Assembly (NCBI GenBank): GCA_037441345.1 | Contig: JBBISJ010000004.1 | Span: 49,892 to 113,891 of the forward strand | Length of the DNA stretch: 64,000 nucleotides | Source: Chloroflexota bacterium | GTDB taxonomy: Bacteria > Chloroflexota > Dehalococcoidia > SM23-28-2 > RBG-16-64-32 | Reading direction: 5' to 3' | Part shown: piece by piece, positions 27,203-37,034 of the stretch | Numbering within the stretch: position 1 is the stretch's first letter | Layout of the letters: each line of letters begins with the position of its first letter | Translations under genes and position numbers: made by a program | The notes under the pieces: generated by a model | Told to the model about the DNA's origin: nothing | What the model saw: the letters and a program-made list of their open reading frames with translations, nothing else | Databases searched by the model: none

Positions 27203-28726
27203 CTACGCCCCCATGCCGACGACACGCTTCGTCGGGTAGCGGCGGACGGAGACGACGTGCCGGAACATCGCCGAAGTGAAGGCCTCGACGTAGGCGAGCT
27301 TGCGGGTGAGGTAGCTGTGCTGCTCCTTCGGGTCCAGGTACAGGTTGTAGAAGCGCGGGTAGGTGTAGCGCTGCGTCACGCCGGTGAAGCCGCCGGGGCC
27401 TGCAACGTCCGTTTCGTCGTCTGACGTGGAGGCGACCATGAACTTGTACTCGCCGGCGCGGACGGCGGATAGCGTCGTGCCGAGCCAGTAGTAGTGGAAC
27501 TTGCGGGCCGACAGGCCATCCTCGTTCAGGAGGAAGCCGGTCTGGTCCACGCCGTCGATGTAGCGGTCGTTGGGCATCTTCTCGGTGGCTCCCGCAAGGG
27601 CAGCCGCCGTCGTGAAGAAGTCCGAGAAGTTGAACAGGCCATCGGTCTGGCGCCCGGGATCGATCATCCCCTTCCAGTAGAAGATCCCCGGCACCCGCAC
27701 GCCGCCCTCCCACGTTGAGCCCTTGGCGCACCGGAACGGCGTGTAGGCGGCGTCCGGCCAGTTCTCCATGTGCGGCCCGTTGTCGGAGGAGATGAAGATC
27801 AGCGTGTTCTCCAGTTGCCCCGTCTCCTCCAGCGCCTTCACAAGGCGGCCGACGATGTCGTCGAGTTCGACCAGCGCGTCCTTGTACGGGTGTTTCGCCG
27901 GGGATGAGCCCAGAAAACGCTCGTGCGGGTAGTTGTCGAAGTGGGCGCCGCGCGTGTTGTGGTAGAGGAACCACGGCTTGTCGCCGCCGGCCATCCGCTT
28001 GATGAAATCGACCGAGTAGTCGCACCACTTGTCGTCCAGTTGCGATATGACCGGAAGCGTCACCTCCTCGACGTTCTCGGCCTCGCCGCCGCGCGTTGCG
28101 TGCACGAAGCACTTGTTGAACGGCTGGTTCTGCACCCATTCCGTGCGGGCCTTGTCGTATACGACCTCGGGGAAAAAATACGGGTCGCGCCACTCGGAGT
28201 ACATGTCGGAGACGGAGAGGAAGCCGTAGAAGTCGTCGAAGCCGACGTTCTGGGGCTGCGACTCCACGTTCTCGCCCATGTGCCACTTGCCGGTCGCCTG
28301 CGTCACGTAGCCCGCGTCCGACAGCAGCTCGGCGATCGTCACCTCGTCCTGGAGGCCGCCGGCCTCGCCGTACATCGGCGGGCGGTGGAGGCCGTGGCGG
28401 ATCGGCAGGCGGCCCGTCATGAGCGTGGCCCGCGACGGCGAGCAGGACGGTTCGGAGTAGCAGGAAGTGAGCTGCAGACCTTCGCGCGCCAGCCGGTCGA
28501 TGTTTGGGGTGGGCGCGCCGACGGCGACGCCCCCGCCGTAGCAGCCGAAATCGCCCCAGCCGACGTCGTCCATGAGGACGACGAGGATATTCGGCTTGCG
28601 TCCGGTCTGCTTCTCGAACGCCTTCAGCTTCTTCTCGGCGGCTTTCGCCTGCTCCGGGAACTGGAATACGGGTTCACGGTGCTCGCCGGCGGGGACGGTG
28701 GGGCTGACGATGGGGTCGTGGGTCAT
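27203..28726 (-). CDS. sulfatase (Cys-type; formylglycine-dependent arylsulfatase family)
   Basis: CSPSRATLMTGR sulfatase signature 1 and GKWHMG signature 2. No signal peptide apparent. Confidence 0.85.
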   Translation of the reverse strand: MTHDPIVSPTVPAGEHREPVFQFPEQAKAAEKKLKAFEKQTGRKPNILVVLMDDVGWGDFGCYGGGVAVGAPTPNIDRLAREGLQLTSCYSEPSCSPSRATLMTGRLPIRHGLHRPPMYGEAGGLQDEVTIAELLSDAGYVTQATGKWHMGENVESQPQNVGFDDFYGFLSVSDMYSEWRDPYFFPEVVYDKARTEWVQNQPFNKCFVHATRGGEAENVEEVTLPVISQLDDKWCDYSVDFIKRMAGGDKPWFLYHNTRGAHFDNYPHERFLGSSPAKHPYKDALVELDDIVGRLVKALEETGQLENTLIFISSDNGPHMENWPDAAYTPFRCAKGSTWEGGVRVPGIFYWKGMIDPGRQTDGLFNFSDFFTTAAALAGATEKMPNDRYIDGVDQTGFLLNEDGLSARKFHYYWLGTTLSAVRAGEYKFMVASTSDDETDVAGPGGFTGVTQRYTYPRFYNLYLDPKEQHSYLTRKLAYVEAFTSAMFRHVVSVRRYPTKRVVGMGA

Positions 28727-28834
28727 GGGGCGGGGTACTCCTTCGGTGCAGTGCCGCCCATTCTAGCGTGTCGGCCGTCGTAGCTGCAGGCCTTCAGGCC
28801 TGCCCCCCTGTAGAGACGTCCCGCCGGGGCGCCT

Positions 28835-30250
28835 CTACGAGCCGCGCGGGCGGCCGCGGCCGCGCTGGGGAGGGGAGGCGATCTGCTGCTTGCCCCAGAA
28901 GTCGAAAGGCCCCATCAGCAGGATCGTGCTTATCTGCGGGTCCGTCAGCCGCGAACCGAGCCGGGCATCGAGATCGCGCACCGTCAGGTTGGTGGTGATC
29001 ACGGTGGGCAGCGAAGCGTTGTAGCGGTGGTTGATGAGCTGGAACAGCTTCTCGTCCGCCCAGGGCGTGCCCGACTGCGCGCCCATATCGTCAAGGATCA
29101 GGAGCGGCACATTCCGCACCTGTTCGAACATGTCGTCGAACGCCCGAGGGTTGCCCGGACTGTACGCGGAGCGGAGGCGGTCCAGGAGGTCGGGCACGAC
29201 GACGAACATCACCGCCTGCCCTGTCTCGCGGCGGTAGTTGCCAATGGCCGCCGCCAGCCGTGTCTTGCCGCGCCCGGTCTGCCCGGCGATCACCAGCCAC
29301 TCTCGCGGGTCCTCCGCGAATTTCATCGCCGTGCGGTATGCCGCCTGGATGTCGCGCGCCTCGTCCGCGCCCGCAGCCAGGTACTGGGGGTCGAACGTCT
29401 TGAACGTCATGCTTCTGAGGAGCGGCAGGTCCAGGGAGTCCAGCCCGGCGAGAGTGTTGCCGGCGCCCCCTTCCAGGTAGTGGACGCGCGACAGGCCGAC
29501 ATCGGTGAGACGGCTCTGGATGCGCGAGTCGAAGGCGGTGAGGTCAAGGTTCGTGGTGACGACGGTCGGGAGCTGAGCGTTGTAGCGGTGGTTGATGAGC
29601 TGGAACAGCTTCTCCGCCACCCACGGCGTGGTGCTCTGCACGCCGAGGTCGTCGAGCAGCAGGACCGGCGCCGACTTCACCATCTCGAACAGCTCGTCGT
29701 AGCCGGCTTCGGCACCGGGCTGGTAGGCCGCGCGCAGATGGTCCAGCAGGTCCGGCACGACCATGAACAGCGCCGCCTGTCCGTTCTCGACGCAGCGGCC
29801 CGCGACCGCCGCCGCCAGGTGAGTCTTACCGCAGCCACTGGGGCCGGTGAGCACGAGCCAGCCTTCCGGGTGCTCGGCGAAGGCCGCCGCTGCGCGAGCC
29901 GCCGCCGCGAACGACTCCTGGTGCTGGGGATTCGAACTGCGGCCACGGGGGCTCAGGTTCTCGAACGTGAGCCGCGACAGAGGGCCGAGGTTGCTGTAGC
30001 GCAGGAGCCGCGCCTGCTTCTCGTCCTCCTGCTCGTTGCGGGTGCAGTCGCAGGGGAAGGCGCGTCCGAAGTCCGGGTGGCCGAGGCGTACGGCCTTGCG
30101 GACGAAGCCGGCGCCGCCGCAGCGGGGGCAGGCGTCGCTCCCGTCTTCGGCCGCCGGTTCAGCTTCGTCGCTGAGCAGGGACTCGCTGTTTGCCCTCTCG
30201 ATAGCGTCTTGCAAGCCACTCTGCTTCAGGATCTCGTTCAGGCTCTTCAT
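28835..30250 (-). CDS. DnaI/DnaC-like helicase loader with N-terminal zinc-binding domain and two tandem AAA+ modules in one polypeptide
   Basis: N-terminus CPRCGGAGF...CDC. Module 1: Walker A GPSGCGKTHLA, Walker B LLLDDLG. Module 2: Walker A GQTGRGKTRLA, Walker B LILDDMG. Each module is followed by KLFQLINHRYN. GGAGG RBS before ATG 30250. Confidence 0.8.
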   Translation of the reverse strand: MKSLNEILKQSGLQDAIERANSESLLSDEAEPAAEDGSDACPRCGGAGFVRKAVRLGHPDFGRAFPCDCTRNEQEDEKQARLLRYSNLGPLSRLTFENLSPRGRSSNPQHQESFAAAARAAAAFAEHPEGWLVLTGPSGCGKTHLAAAVAGRCVENGQAALFMVVPDLLDHLRAAYQPGAEAGYDELFEMVKSAPVLLLDDLGVQSTTPWVAEKLFQLINHRYNAQLPTVVTTNLDLTAFDSRIQSRLTDVGLSRVHYLEGGAGNTLAGLDSLDLPLLRSMTFKTFDPQYLAAGADEARDIQAAYRTAMKFAEDPREWLVIAGQTGRGKTRLAAAIGNYRRETGQAVMFVVVPDLLDRLRSAYSPGNPRAFDDMFEQVRNVPLLILDDMGAQSGTPWADEKLFQLINHRYNASLPTVITTNLTVRDLDARLGSRLTDPQISTILLMGPFDFWGKQQIASPPQRGRGRPRGS

Positions 30251-30923
30251 AAGCCGGCCCCTCCGTCTCCCAGCGTTCGAGAATCCGCCGGATGTACCGC
30301 CAGTTGCGCTTGTTCAGTTCCACCGCCTCCCTGAAGGCCGCTCCCACCCATTCCGCCGGGAATCGCTCCTCCGCCTCCTTCAGGTCTTCCGCGATCAGCG
30401 GGGTGATATTGCCCACGTTCTGCTCGTATAACGCGAAGATGTTGGGCGCGGTCTCCGCCGTCGCCGGGGGCGGCGCATCGGCGATCAGGGCGCCCTTCTC
30501 CGCCAGGCGCGCGAGGGCGTTCCGGTTGGCCGGCGTGTTCAGGACGTACATCTCCTCGCCGTCCCGCGCCGCCCGTACGAGGGTCCGCCGCTTGACGGCC
30601 AGGTTCAGGCCCTGCGCCAGCGCCTCGTGGTCTGCGCCGCCGCAAAGGTTGGACAGGGAGCGCAGCAGCCCGTGATCCGCTGCTAGCTCGCCGCGGGTCA
30701 CGAAGCGCGGCCGGCGGCCCCGGTGCGGCGCGGCGGCGAAGAGTGTGTACAGCGTCGTGACGAGCTCTGCCGGGTCGGTGATCTCCGGCAGGACACGCGA
30801 GAAGAACAGGCCGGGGACCACGGTGGCCTCGCCGGAGTTCGGGAAGCCGTCGAAGGGACCCCCATCGTGCGGCGTCTCGCCCGGCGGCCGGGTGTGCAGC
30901 CGTGGCGTGGTTGGCCCGCTCAT
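30159..30923 (-). CDS. DnaD-domain protein (primosome/replisome organiser-like)
   Basis: C-terminal DnaD_dom signature ...LIAEDLKEAEERFPAEWVGAAFREAVELNKRNWRYIRRILERW. Start ATG overlaps the dnaB stop (ATGA). The 3' end overlaps the DnaI-like start by ~90 nt in another frame. Confidence 0.65.
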   Translation of the reverse strand: MSGPTTPRLHTRPPGETPHDGGPFDGFPNSGEATVVPGLFFSRVLPEITDPAELVTTLYTLFAAAPHRGRRPRFVTRGELAADHGLLRSLSNLCGGADHEALAQGLNLAVKRRTLVRAARDGEEMYVLNTPANRNALARLAEKGALIADAPPPATAETAPNIFALYEQNVGNITPLIAEDLKEAEERFPAEWVGAAFREAVELNKRNWRYIRRILERWETEGPAYEEPERDPEAEWLARRYREGKQRVPAQRRS

Positions 30924-32338
30924 TCCTCCTCCTCCCATTCCTCCTGGCGTACGAGCAAGTCCTCGAAGCGGGCGATCCTGTCCTTGAACCGCAGGTGGAT
31001 CGTGCCGGTGGGGCCGTTCCGGTGCTTCGCCACGATCACCTGGGTGATCCCCTGCGGGTACTCCCGGTGCCGATTGTCGCCTGCGTGCTCCTTCTCCCAC
31101 TGCTCGCGGCTGATGTACTTGTCCTCGCGGTACAGGAACATCACTACGTCCGCGTCCTGCTCGATGCTGCCGGACTCTCGCAGGTCGCTCAGCATCGGGA
31201 CGTTGTTCGCTCGCGATTCAGCGGCGCGGGAGAGCTGCGAGCAGGCGACGACGGGCACGTCGAGGTCACGCGCCAGTTGCTTCAGGGCGCGCGAGATGTA
31301 GCTCACCTCCTGGACGCGGTTCTCGTTGCGCAGACCGCTGCTCATGAGCTGGAGATAGTCGACGATGATCATGTCCAGGCCGCGCTCCAACTGCAGCCGT
31401 TTGGCCTTCGCGCGCATGTCGGACATGGTCAGCGTGGCGGAATCGTCGAAGTAGATGGGCAGGTCGCCGAGCACGCCAAGCGCCTGCACCAGCTTGCGCT
31501 CCTCGCGTTCGTTGTGGACGCCGAAGGTGAGGCGCGTGGAGTCCACCCCCGACTCTGTCGCGAGGAGCCGCTGCACCAGTTGCTCGGCGGCCATCTCCAC
31601 CGAGAAGAAGGCGACAGCCGCGTTCTGGCGGGCGGCGGCGTTCCGCGCATAGTTAAGGACGAGCGAGGTCTTGCCCAGCGACGGCCGTGCCGCCACGATC
31701 ACGAGGTCGCCGCGCTTGAGGCCGCCGAGGAGAGTGTCGAGGTCCATGAACCCGGTCGTCACAGCCCGGCTCTCCGCGGCGACGGCGCCGGCCCCGGCTT
31801 CCATAGACTCCAGGTAGCCGGCCAGCAACTCGCGGATATGCACGAAGTCGCGGACGGTGCCGGTCTGGCGGACCGACGCGATCAGTGCCTCGGCCTCGGA
31901 CAGGACGCCGGTTACTTCGTCGGACGAGGCGCCGCTCTCGTGGGCGCGGCGGACAATGTGGCCGGCGGCGCTGATCAGGCGGCGGTAGATCGCGTCCGCC
32001 TGCACGATCGTTGCGTAGTGCTTGGCGGCGACGGAGGTGGGCAGGTTCGTGATCAGGCGGCTCAGGTAGGCGGGGCCGCCGGCGTCGTCAAGCTTGCCCC
32101 TGCGGGCAAGGTCGTGCGCGACGCTGATCTGGTTGATCGTCTCGCCCCGCTCGAACAGGGCCAGGCACGTCTCGTAGATCCAGCGGTTCTGTTCGCGGAA
32201 GAAATCGTCGGCCTTGAGGCTGGAGGTCAGCACCTCCAGCACCGCATCGGGGTCGATCAGGACGGAGGCGATAACCGCCTCTTCGGCCTCTATGTCGTGT
32301 GGCGGCAGTCTGTCTGCCCGTCCGGCTTCGACGACCAT
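30920..32338 (-). CDS. dnaB: replicative DNA helicase
   Basis: N-terminal PPHDIEAEEAVIASVL, Walker A ARPSLGKTSLVLN, DnaB C-terminal RecA-like motifs. Adjacent to rplI, as on most bacterial chromosomes. Confidence 0.92.
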   Translation of the reverse strand: MVVEAGRADRLPPHDIEAEEAVIASVLIDPDAVLEVLTSSLKADDFFREQNRWIYETCLALFERGETINQISVAHDLARRGKLDDAGGPAYLSRLITNLPTSVAAKHYATIVQADAIYRRLISAAGHIVRRAHESGASSDEVTGVLSEAEALIASVRQTGTVRDFVHIRELLAGYLESMEAGAGAVAAESRAVTTGFMDLDTLLGGLKRGDLVIVAARPSLGKTSLVLNYARNAAARQNAAVAFFSVEMAAEQLVQRLLATESGVDSTRLTFGVHNEREERKLVQALGVLGDLPIYFDDSATLTMSDMRAKAKRLQLERGLDMIIVDYLQLMSSGLRNENRVQEVSYISRALKQLARDLDVPVVACSQLSRAAESRANNVPMLSDLRESGSIEQDADVVMFLYREDKYISREQWEKEHAGDNRHREYPQGITQVIVAKHRNGPTGTIHLRFKDRIARFEDLLVRQEEWEEEE

Positions 32339-32566
32339 GCTTCTCCTGCTGAGACTGGAATTGATCGGTGATTAGATTCGGGCGAAGCGCTCCGGGATCG
32401 GGAGCCTGTCTCGCAGCCGCTTCGCGTCGCCCGGCCGGACGACCAACCTCCTGTAGTAAACCGCCCGCGCCCGCCCGGCGCACGCGGACTTTCGACAGAT
32501 TTCGTGGACATCCAATGGCAAGTGGTGGATAAGGTGTGACTTCCTCTCAGAGACCAGTTTAGGGCC

Positions 32567-32640
32567 GGGATTCGCCGGTTCCGGCGGGCGAATGGCACGG
32601 GTGATGGAGTGGTGAGGGGTGAGTGGAGAGTGGCGAGGTG
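32567..32640. repeat. REP variant (GGGATTCGCCGGTTCCGGCGGGCGAATGGCACGG) followed by heptamer block (GTGATGGAGTGGTGAGGGGTGAGTGGAGAGTGGCGAGGTG)
   Basis: Direct read in the dnaB upstream intergenic region. Confidence 0.6.
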
Positions 32641-32743
32641 TAGGGGCCCAGCAACAGGGGGGTCGTGGCCGGACAAGCTCCGCAGAGACGCTGGTTCGTT
32701 GGTCAATCGGTGAGTTGCTGCGCCCCTACAGGCATCGTTCCGG

Positions 32744-32779
32744 GCAAATGAAGAGGCCGTCCCCGGTGAGGACGGCCTC
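32744..32779 (-). terminator. rho-independent terminator candidate downstream of rplI
   Basis: 9-bp stem GAGGCCGTC/GACGGCCTC with an 8-nt loop, followed on the minus strand by UUCAUUUG. Confidence 0.5.
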
Positions 32780-32801
32780 GTTGCGTCAGCTGTGTTCGGG
32801 G

Positions 32802-33425
32802 CTACTCGCCCTCTTCGCTCACGTTGCCTTCGGCGTCAAGCTGCTCACTGTCGCCCTCCACGGGCCCCGCGGCCGGTTCATCGGGGACTGCCTCGATGGG
32901 GGTCTCCTCGGCCGGCGCGGGGGCTTCCTCGGCTTCTGGCGCAGGGGCCTCCGCCTCCGCCGCCGTCTCAACCACGCCGCCGATCGGCGTGACGTTGACC
33001 GTGACCGTCGCGATCACATTGCGCGTGAGCTTGACCGCCACCGGGAACGATCCCAGCTCGCGCAGGGGTTGCTTCAGGTCGACCTGGCGGTGCTCCAGCT
33101 CGATCTTCGTGCGCTCGGTGAGCATCTCGGCGATCTCGCGCGCGGTGACGGAGCCGAAGAGTTTCTCCTGTTCGCCGACACGCACTTCGACCGTCAGCTC
33201 CTGGCCATCAATCTTCGGGAGGAGCTTCTGGGCGTCCTCGTCCAGCTTCGCCTGCTTGCGCGCCTCCTTCGAGGCCTTCGCATTGGCGATCGTGATGTAG
33301 TGGTCGGTGGCCGGGGCGGCCAGCCTGCGGGGCAGCAGGAAGTTGCGCGCGAACCCGTCGGCCACGTTCTTCACGTCGCCCGTGCGCGCGGTGCCCTCGA
33401 CTTCCTCCAGGAAGACAACTTTCAT
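32802..33425 (-). CDS. rplI: 50S ribosomal protein L9 (with acidic low-complexity C-terminal extension)
   Basis: MKVVFLEEVEG...GDVKNVADGFARNFLLP is the L9 N-domain. The ~60-aa E/A/P-rich tail is unusual. Confidence 0.9.
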   Translation of the reverse strand: MKVVFLEEVEGTARTGDVKNVADGFARNFLLPRRLAAPATDHYITIANAKASKEARKQAKLDEDAQKLLPKIDGQELTVEVRVGEQEKLFGSVTAREIAEMLTERTKIELEHRQVDLKQPLRELGSFPVAVKLTRNVIATVTVNVTPIGGVVETAAEAEAPAPEAEEAPAPAEETPIEAVPDEPAAGPVEGDSEQLDAEGNVSEEGE

Positions 33426-33499
33426 GGGTGGTTCTCCTTCGCGATAATACGCGGACCCAGTTTACGGGGGAATGTAGACAGGATACCGCAGGCGGGGGT

Positions 33500-33585
33500 T
33501 GGGGACAATTTGGCAGGAGCAATGGAACAACAGAGCATTAGAACAATTGAACAGATGAGCAATGGACAGATTGTTTGGAGGACCG
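33500..33585 (-). promoter_or_regulatory. lower-GC rplI upstream region with direct repeats AGCAATGGA(A/C)A
   Basis: agcaatggaacaacag ... agcaatggacagattg repeated within an AT-enriched stretch between purL and rplI. Confidence 0.3.
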
Positions 33586-33600
33586 AAGGGCCGCGCGCCC

Positions 33601-35859
33601 TCACTCGCTTGGGGCCAGACCCCAGGCCGCTGTGCCTTCGGCGCCGAGGGCGCGCGGCAGGCCGCCTTCGTAGGCGTCGCGCAGTTCGTCAAGGGTGGCG
33701 TCGACGGCGGCGCCGATGCGCAGGCGCTTCTCGGCGGTAACGCGCCCGATGTGCTGGACGGGCACGTTCAGCCCGCCGGTGATCTGGGCCAGGCGTTCGC
33801 GGTCCGGCGGCTTCACTGTGACGATGATGCGCGACTGGGTCTCGGCGAAGAGGGACGCAGTGGGCCGGGCGCCGAGGACGGCGCCGGACGCGTCCAGGCC
33901 CTTGCCGCCGGCGATGCACATCTCCGCCAGCGCCACGGCAAGGCCGCCGTCCGAGCAGTCGTGCGCGGCGGCCGCCACGCCCTGTCGGATTGCGGCCAGC
34001 ACGGCGCGCTGGACACGTCCTTCGAGCTGCAGGTCGATCTCCAGCCTGCCGCCGATCAGGCCGTGCTCAGTCTTGATGTACTCGCTGCCGCCCAGCGCCT
34101 CCTGCTTCTGCTCGATGTGCGAACCGACAAGGAAGACTTCGTCGCCCTCGTCCCGCATGGCCATCCGGCAGTGCTGAGCGGCGTCTTCGAGGATGCCCAG
34201 CATGCCGATGACCGGCGTGGGATACACCGGCCGGTCGCCGGTCTCGTTGTAGAGGGAGACGTTGCCGGAGATGACCGGCGTGCCCAGCGCGTCGCAGGCG
34301 TCGGCGATGCCCTGGATGACGGCCTGCATCTGGAAGTAGACGTCCGGCCGCTCCGGGTTGCCGAAGTTCAGGCAGTCGGTGACAGCCACCGGCAAGGCGC
34401 CCGCGCAGACGACGTTGCGTGCTGCCTCCGCTACGGCGATGGCCCCGCCGCGGTAGGGGTCGATGTGGCAGTAGCGGCCGTTGCCGTCCGTGGCTACGGC
34501 GAAGCCGCGGTTCGCCTGCTTTATCCGCAAGACCGCCGCGTCCGAGCCGGCCTCGATCACGGTGTTGTTCAGCACGCTCTGGTCGTACTGGCGGTAGATC
34601 CAGCGCTTGCTCGCGATGTTCGGCGAGGCGAGGAGGCGCAGAAGTGCGCCGGTGGCGTTCGCGGCTTCGGGCAACGCCGAGAGGTCGAGCTGTTCCATCT
34701 CGAACAGTTCGCTCGCCGGCTCGCCTTCCCGCGTGTATTCGGGCGCCTCCACCAGTAGTTCCACCGGCAGCGTCGCAACCTCGCGTTCGCCGTCCACGAT
34801 GTGCACGGTGCGGTCGTCCGTGACGTGGCCGATGATCGCCCACGGCACCTCCCAGCGCTCGAACAGCGCCGCCACGTCACTCTCATGCCCCCTGCGGACG
34901 ATTACGATCATCCGCTCCTGCGATTCGGACAACATGACCTCGTACGGGGTCATCCCCTCTTCCCGGCGGGGCACTTTCGCCACGTCGATCACGATGCCGC
35001 TGCCGCCGCGGTTGGCGGACTCGATCGCCGCCGAGGTGAGCCCTGCGGCGCCGCAGTCCTGGACGCCGGTCACCCAGTCCGCGTGGTTCTGGGCCAGGTC
35101 CAGGCAGGCTTCCAGCAGCATCTTCTCCAGGAACGGGTTGCCCACCTGCACGGCCGGCCGCATCTCCTCGAAGCGCGCGCCGGGGTCTGTGCGCGAGGCC
35201 AGCCCGGACGCGCCGTGGATGCCGTCGCGCCCGGTGTCGCTGCCCGCGAGCATGATCAGGTTGCCGGCGCCTTCAGCCTTGGCCGTAACGAGGCTGCCGG
35301 ACGGGGCCACGCCGACGCACATGGCGTTTACGAGCGGGTTCGTGGAGTAGGAGTCTTCGAAGTACACTTCGCCGCCGACCGTGGGAATCCCAAGGCAGTT
35401 CCCGTAGCCGCCGATGCCCGCGACCACGCCCTCGAAGAGGTAGCGGTTGTGCGTGCTATCGAGCGGCCCGAACCGCAGGGAGTCCAGCAGCGCGACGGGC
35501 CGCGCGCCCATCGCGAAGATGTCGCGGACGATGCCGCCTACGCCGGTGGCCGCGCCCTGGTACGGCTCGACGGCGGACGGGTGGTTGTGCGACTCGATCT
35601 TCATCACCACGCACATCCCGTCGCCGATATCGACAGCACCGGCGTTCTCCGCGCCGCGCTTCGTCAGGACGTACGCACCTTCGGCGGGCAGCAGGCGCAG
35701 GAGGGGCTTCGAGTTCTTGTAGCCGCAGTGCTCGGACCAGAGCGCCCCGAACAGCCCGAGTTCCACCTCGTTCGGCTCGCGGCCCAGCTTCTCGACGATC
35801 AGGTCGTACTCGGAGCGGGACAGCGCGATAGTGTCGAGGGCAGCCTGGTCTATGGTCAT
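33601..35859 (-). CDS. purL: phosphoribosylformylglycinamidine synthase subunit PurL
   Basis: Full-length FGAM synthase II (AIR synthase-related duplicated domains, [19 protein letters not shown]). Confidence 0.92.
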   Translation of the reverse strand: MTIDQAALDTIALSRSEYDLIVEKLGREPNEVELGLFGALWSEHCGYKNSKPLLRLLPAEGAYVLTKRGAENAGAVDIGDGMCVVMKIESHNHPSAVEPYQGAATGVGGIVRDIFAMGARPVALLDSLRFGPLDSTHNRYLFEGVVAGIGGYGNCLGIPTVGGEVYFEDSYSTNPLVNAMCVGVAPSGSLVTAKAEGAGNLIMLAGSDTGRDGIHGASGLASRTDPGARFEEMRPAVQVGNPFLEKMLLEACLDLAQNHADWVTGVQDCGAAGLTSAAIESANRGGSGIVIDVAKVPRREEGMTPYEVMLSESQERMIVIVRRGHESDVAALFERWEVPWAIIGHVTDDRTVHIVDGEREVATLPVELLVEAPEYTREGEPASELFEMEQLDLSALPEAANATGALLRLLASPNIASKRWIYRQYDQSVLNNTVIEAGSDAAVLRIKQANRGFAVATDGNGRYCHIDPYRGGAIAVAEAARNVVCAGALPVAVTDCLNFGNPERPDVYFQMQAVIQGIADACDALGTPVISGNVSLYNETGDRPVYPTPVIGMLGILEDAAQHCRMAMRDEGDEVFLVGSHIEQKQEALGGSEYIKTEHGLIGGRLEIDLQLEGRVQRAVLAAIRQGVAAAAHDCSDGGLAVALAEMCIAGGKGLDASGAVLGARPTASLFAETQSRIIVTVKPPDRERLAQITGGLNVPVQHIGRVTAEKRLRIGAAVDATLDELRDAYEGGLPRALGAEGTAAWGLAPSE

Positions 35860-35884
35860 CAGCGGGCAGCTTCAGGATATGCGG

Positions 35885-36205
35885 TCAGCCCGCCGAGAAC
35901 AATTTGCGGATCGTCTCATCCAAGCTTGAGGGCGCGCCTCTCCCCACACGAACACCGCAATTGACGCAGATCTCTGCTTCCCTCTTGATGATAGAGCGGC
36001 AACTGTGGCAGAAGATCTCGTCAACTTGCTTGGCTGGGGCAGTCCCTGAGGCCGGAACCACCGAACCCGTAGGAGGAAGGGTGGAAGGGTTCTCCTCGGG
36101 GGACAGGTTTCCCGGGGGCGCCACCCTCGCTGACCTCGCCCCGCAAGACGGGCAGAACGCTGCGTCTGGAGGGTTACTGGCACCGCAGTTGGAACAGAAG
36201 CTCAT
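35885..36205 (-). CDS. double zinc-ribbon protein (soluble paralogue)
   Basis: Two CxxC...CxxC ribbons (FCSNCG...FCPSCG; FCHSC...CVNCG). Paralogous to 36346-36882. Confidence 0.55.
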   Translation of the reverse strand: MSFCSNCGASNPPDAAFCPSCGARSARVAPPGNLSPEENPSTLPPTGSVVPASGTAPAKQVDEIFCHSCRSIIKREAEICVNCGVRVGRGAPSSLDETIRKLFSAG

Positions 36206-36345
36206 ATCAGTTCCCCCCTCTGAAAGCCATGAGGGCTAACGCCCGTCGCCACGTTCCGGGGGCCACGCTATCCAACGAGCGTTTGTCTCTCCAGAAGCGC
36301 ATGATCAAACGACACCACGGTTACTTCACCGCCACGGCTCGCTAC

Positions 36346-36882
36346 CTAGTAGGTTGCGTACCAGTCCTCGTTCTTGGTAGCCGTGTCCACGATGGCCCAT
36401 ATCCAGATGCCAGTCCAGACAAAGAATCCAATGAGCCAGCCTATCCCCAGTGTCAATAGTCCAAAAATGAAGAAGCCGATACTTAGGCCTAAGCTTACCC
36501 AGAACTTCACAGCATCTTCGCGGTATGTGTAGAGCCATGTCCAGTAACTTAGGAACACGGCCAGAAGTATCGAAGCAACCTTGCTCTTGCTCCCGCCTCC
36601 GCCCGAAGGTGACCCCCGTCTTACGCGAACACCGCAGTGGATACAGATATCTGCTTCCTTCTTGATCACTGAACCGCAACTCTGACAGAATATCTCGTCG
36701 ACTTGCTTGGCCGGCGGAGTGGGGGCCCGAGGCACAGCGGGGGCGGCCGTGGTGACGCCTTGGATGTTCGCGGCAGGTGGAGCACCCTCTGCAGGCACTG
36801 AGCCTGATGTCGCCTTGCCGCAACTCGAACAGAACGCAGCTTCGTCAGGGTTGCTAATACCACAGTTGGCGCAAAAGCTCAT
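36346..36882 (-). CDS. double zinc-ribbon protein with C-terminal TM2-like membrane domain
   Basis: N-terminal 100 aa are ~70% identical to the 35885-36205 product. The C-terminus has 3 hydrophobic helices ending ...GIWIWAIVD. GGAGG RBS. Confidence 0.55.
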   Translation of the reverse strand: MSFCANCGISNPDEAAFCSSCGKATSGSVPAEGAPPAANIQGVTTAAPAVPRAPTPPAKQVDEIFCQSCGSVIKKEADICIHCGVRVRRGSPSGGGGSKSKVASILLAVFLSYWTWLYTYREDAVKFWVSLGLSIGFFIFGLLTLGIGWLIGFFVWTGIWIWAIVDTATKNEDWYATY

Positions 36883-37034
36883 GACGTGGTCGCCTCCATT
36901 ATTTCTCTAGGGCTGATTATGGCCGCGATGACTCCAATGTCAATAGTTAGGCGTGCCAATTGAACTGTGGGGGACATTTCCTGCTCTGGATGGACCTATT
37001 CAGCCGGAATGGGCGACTTATCTGCCTAAACGCG

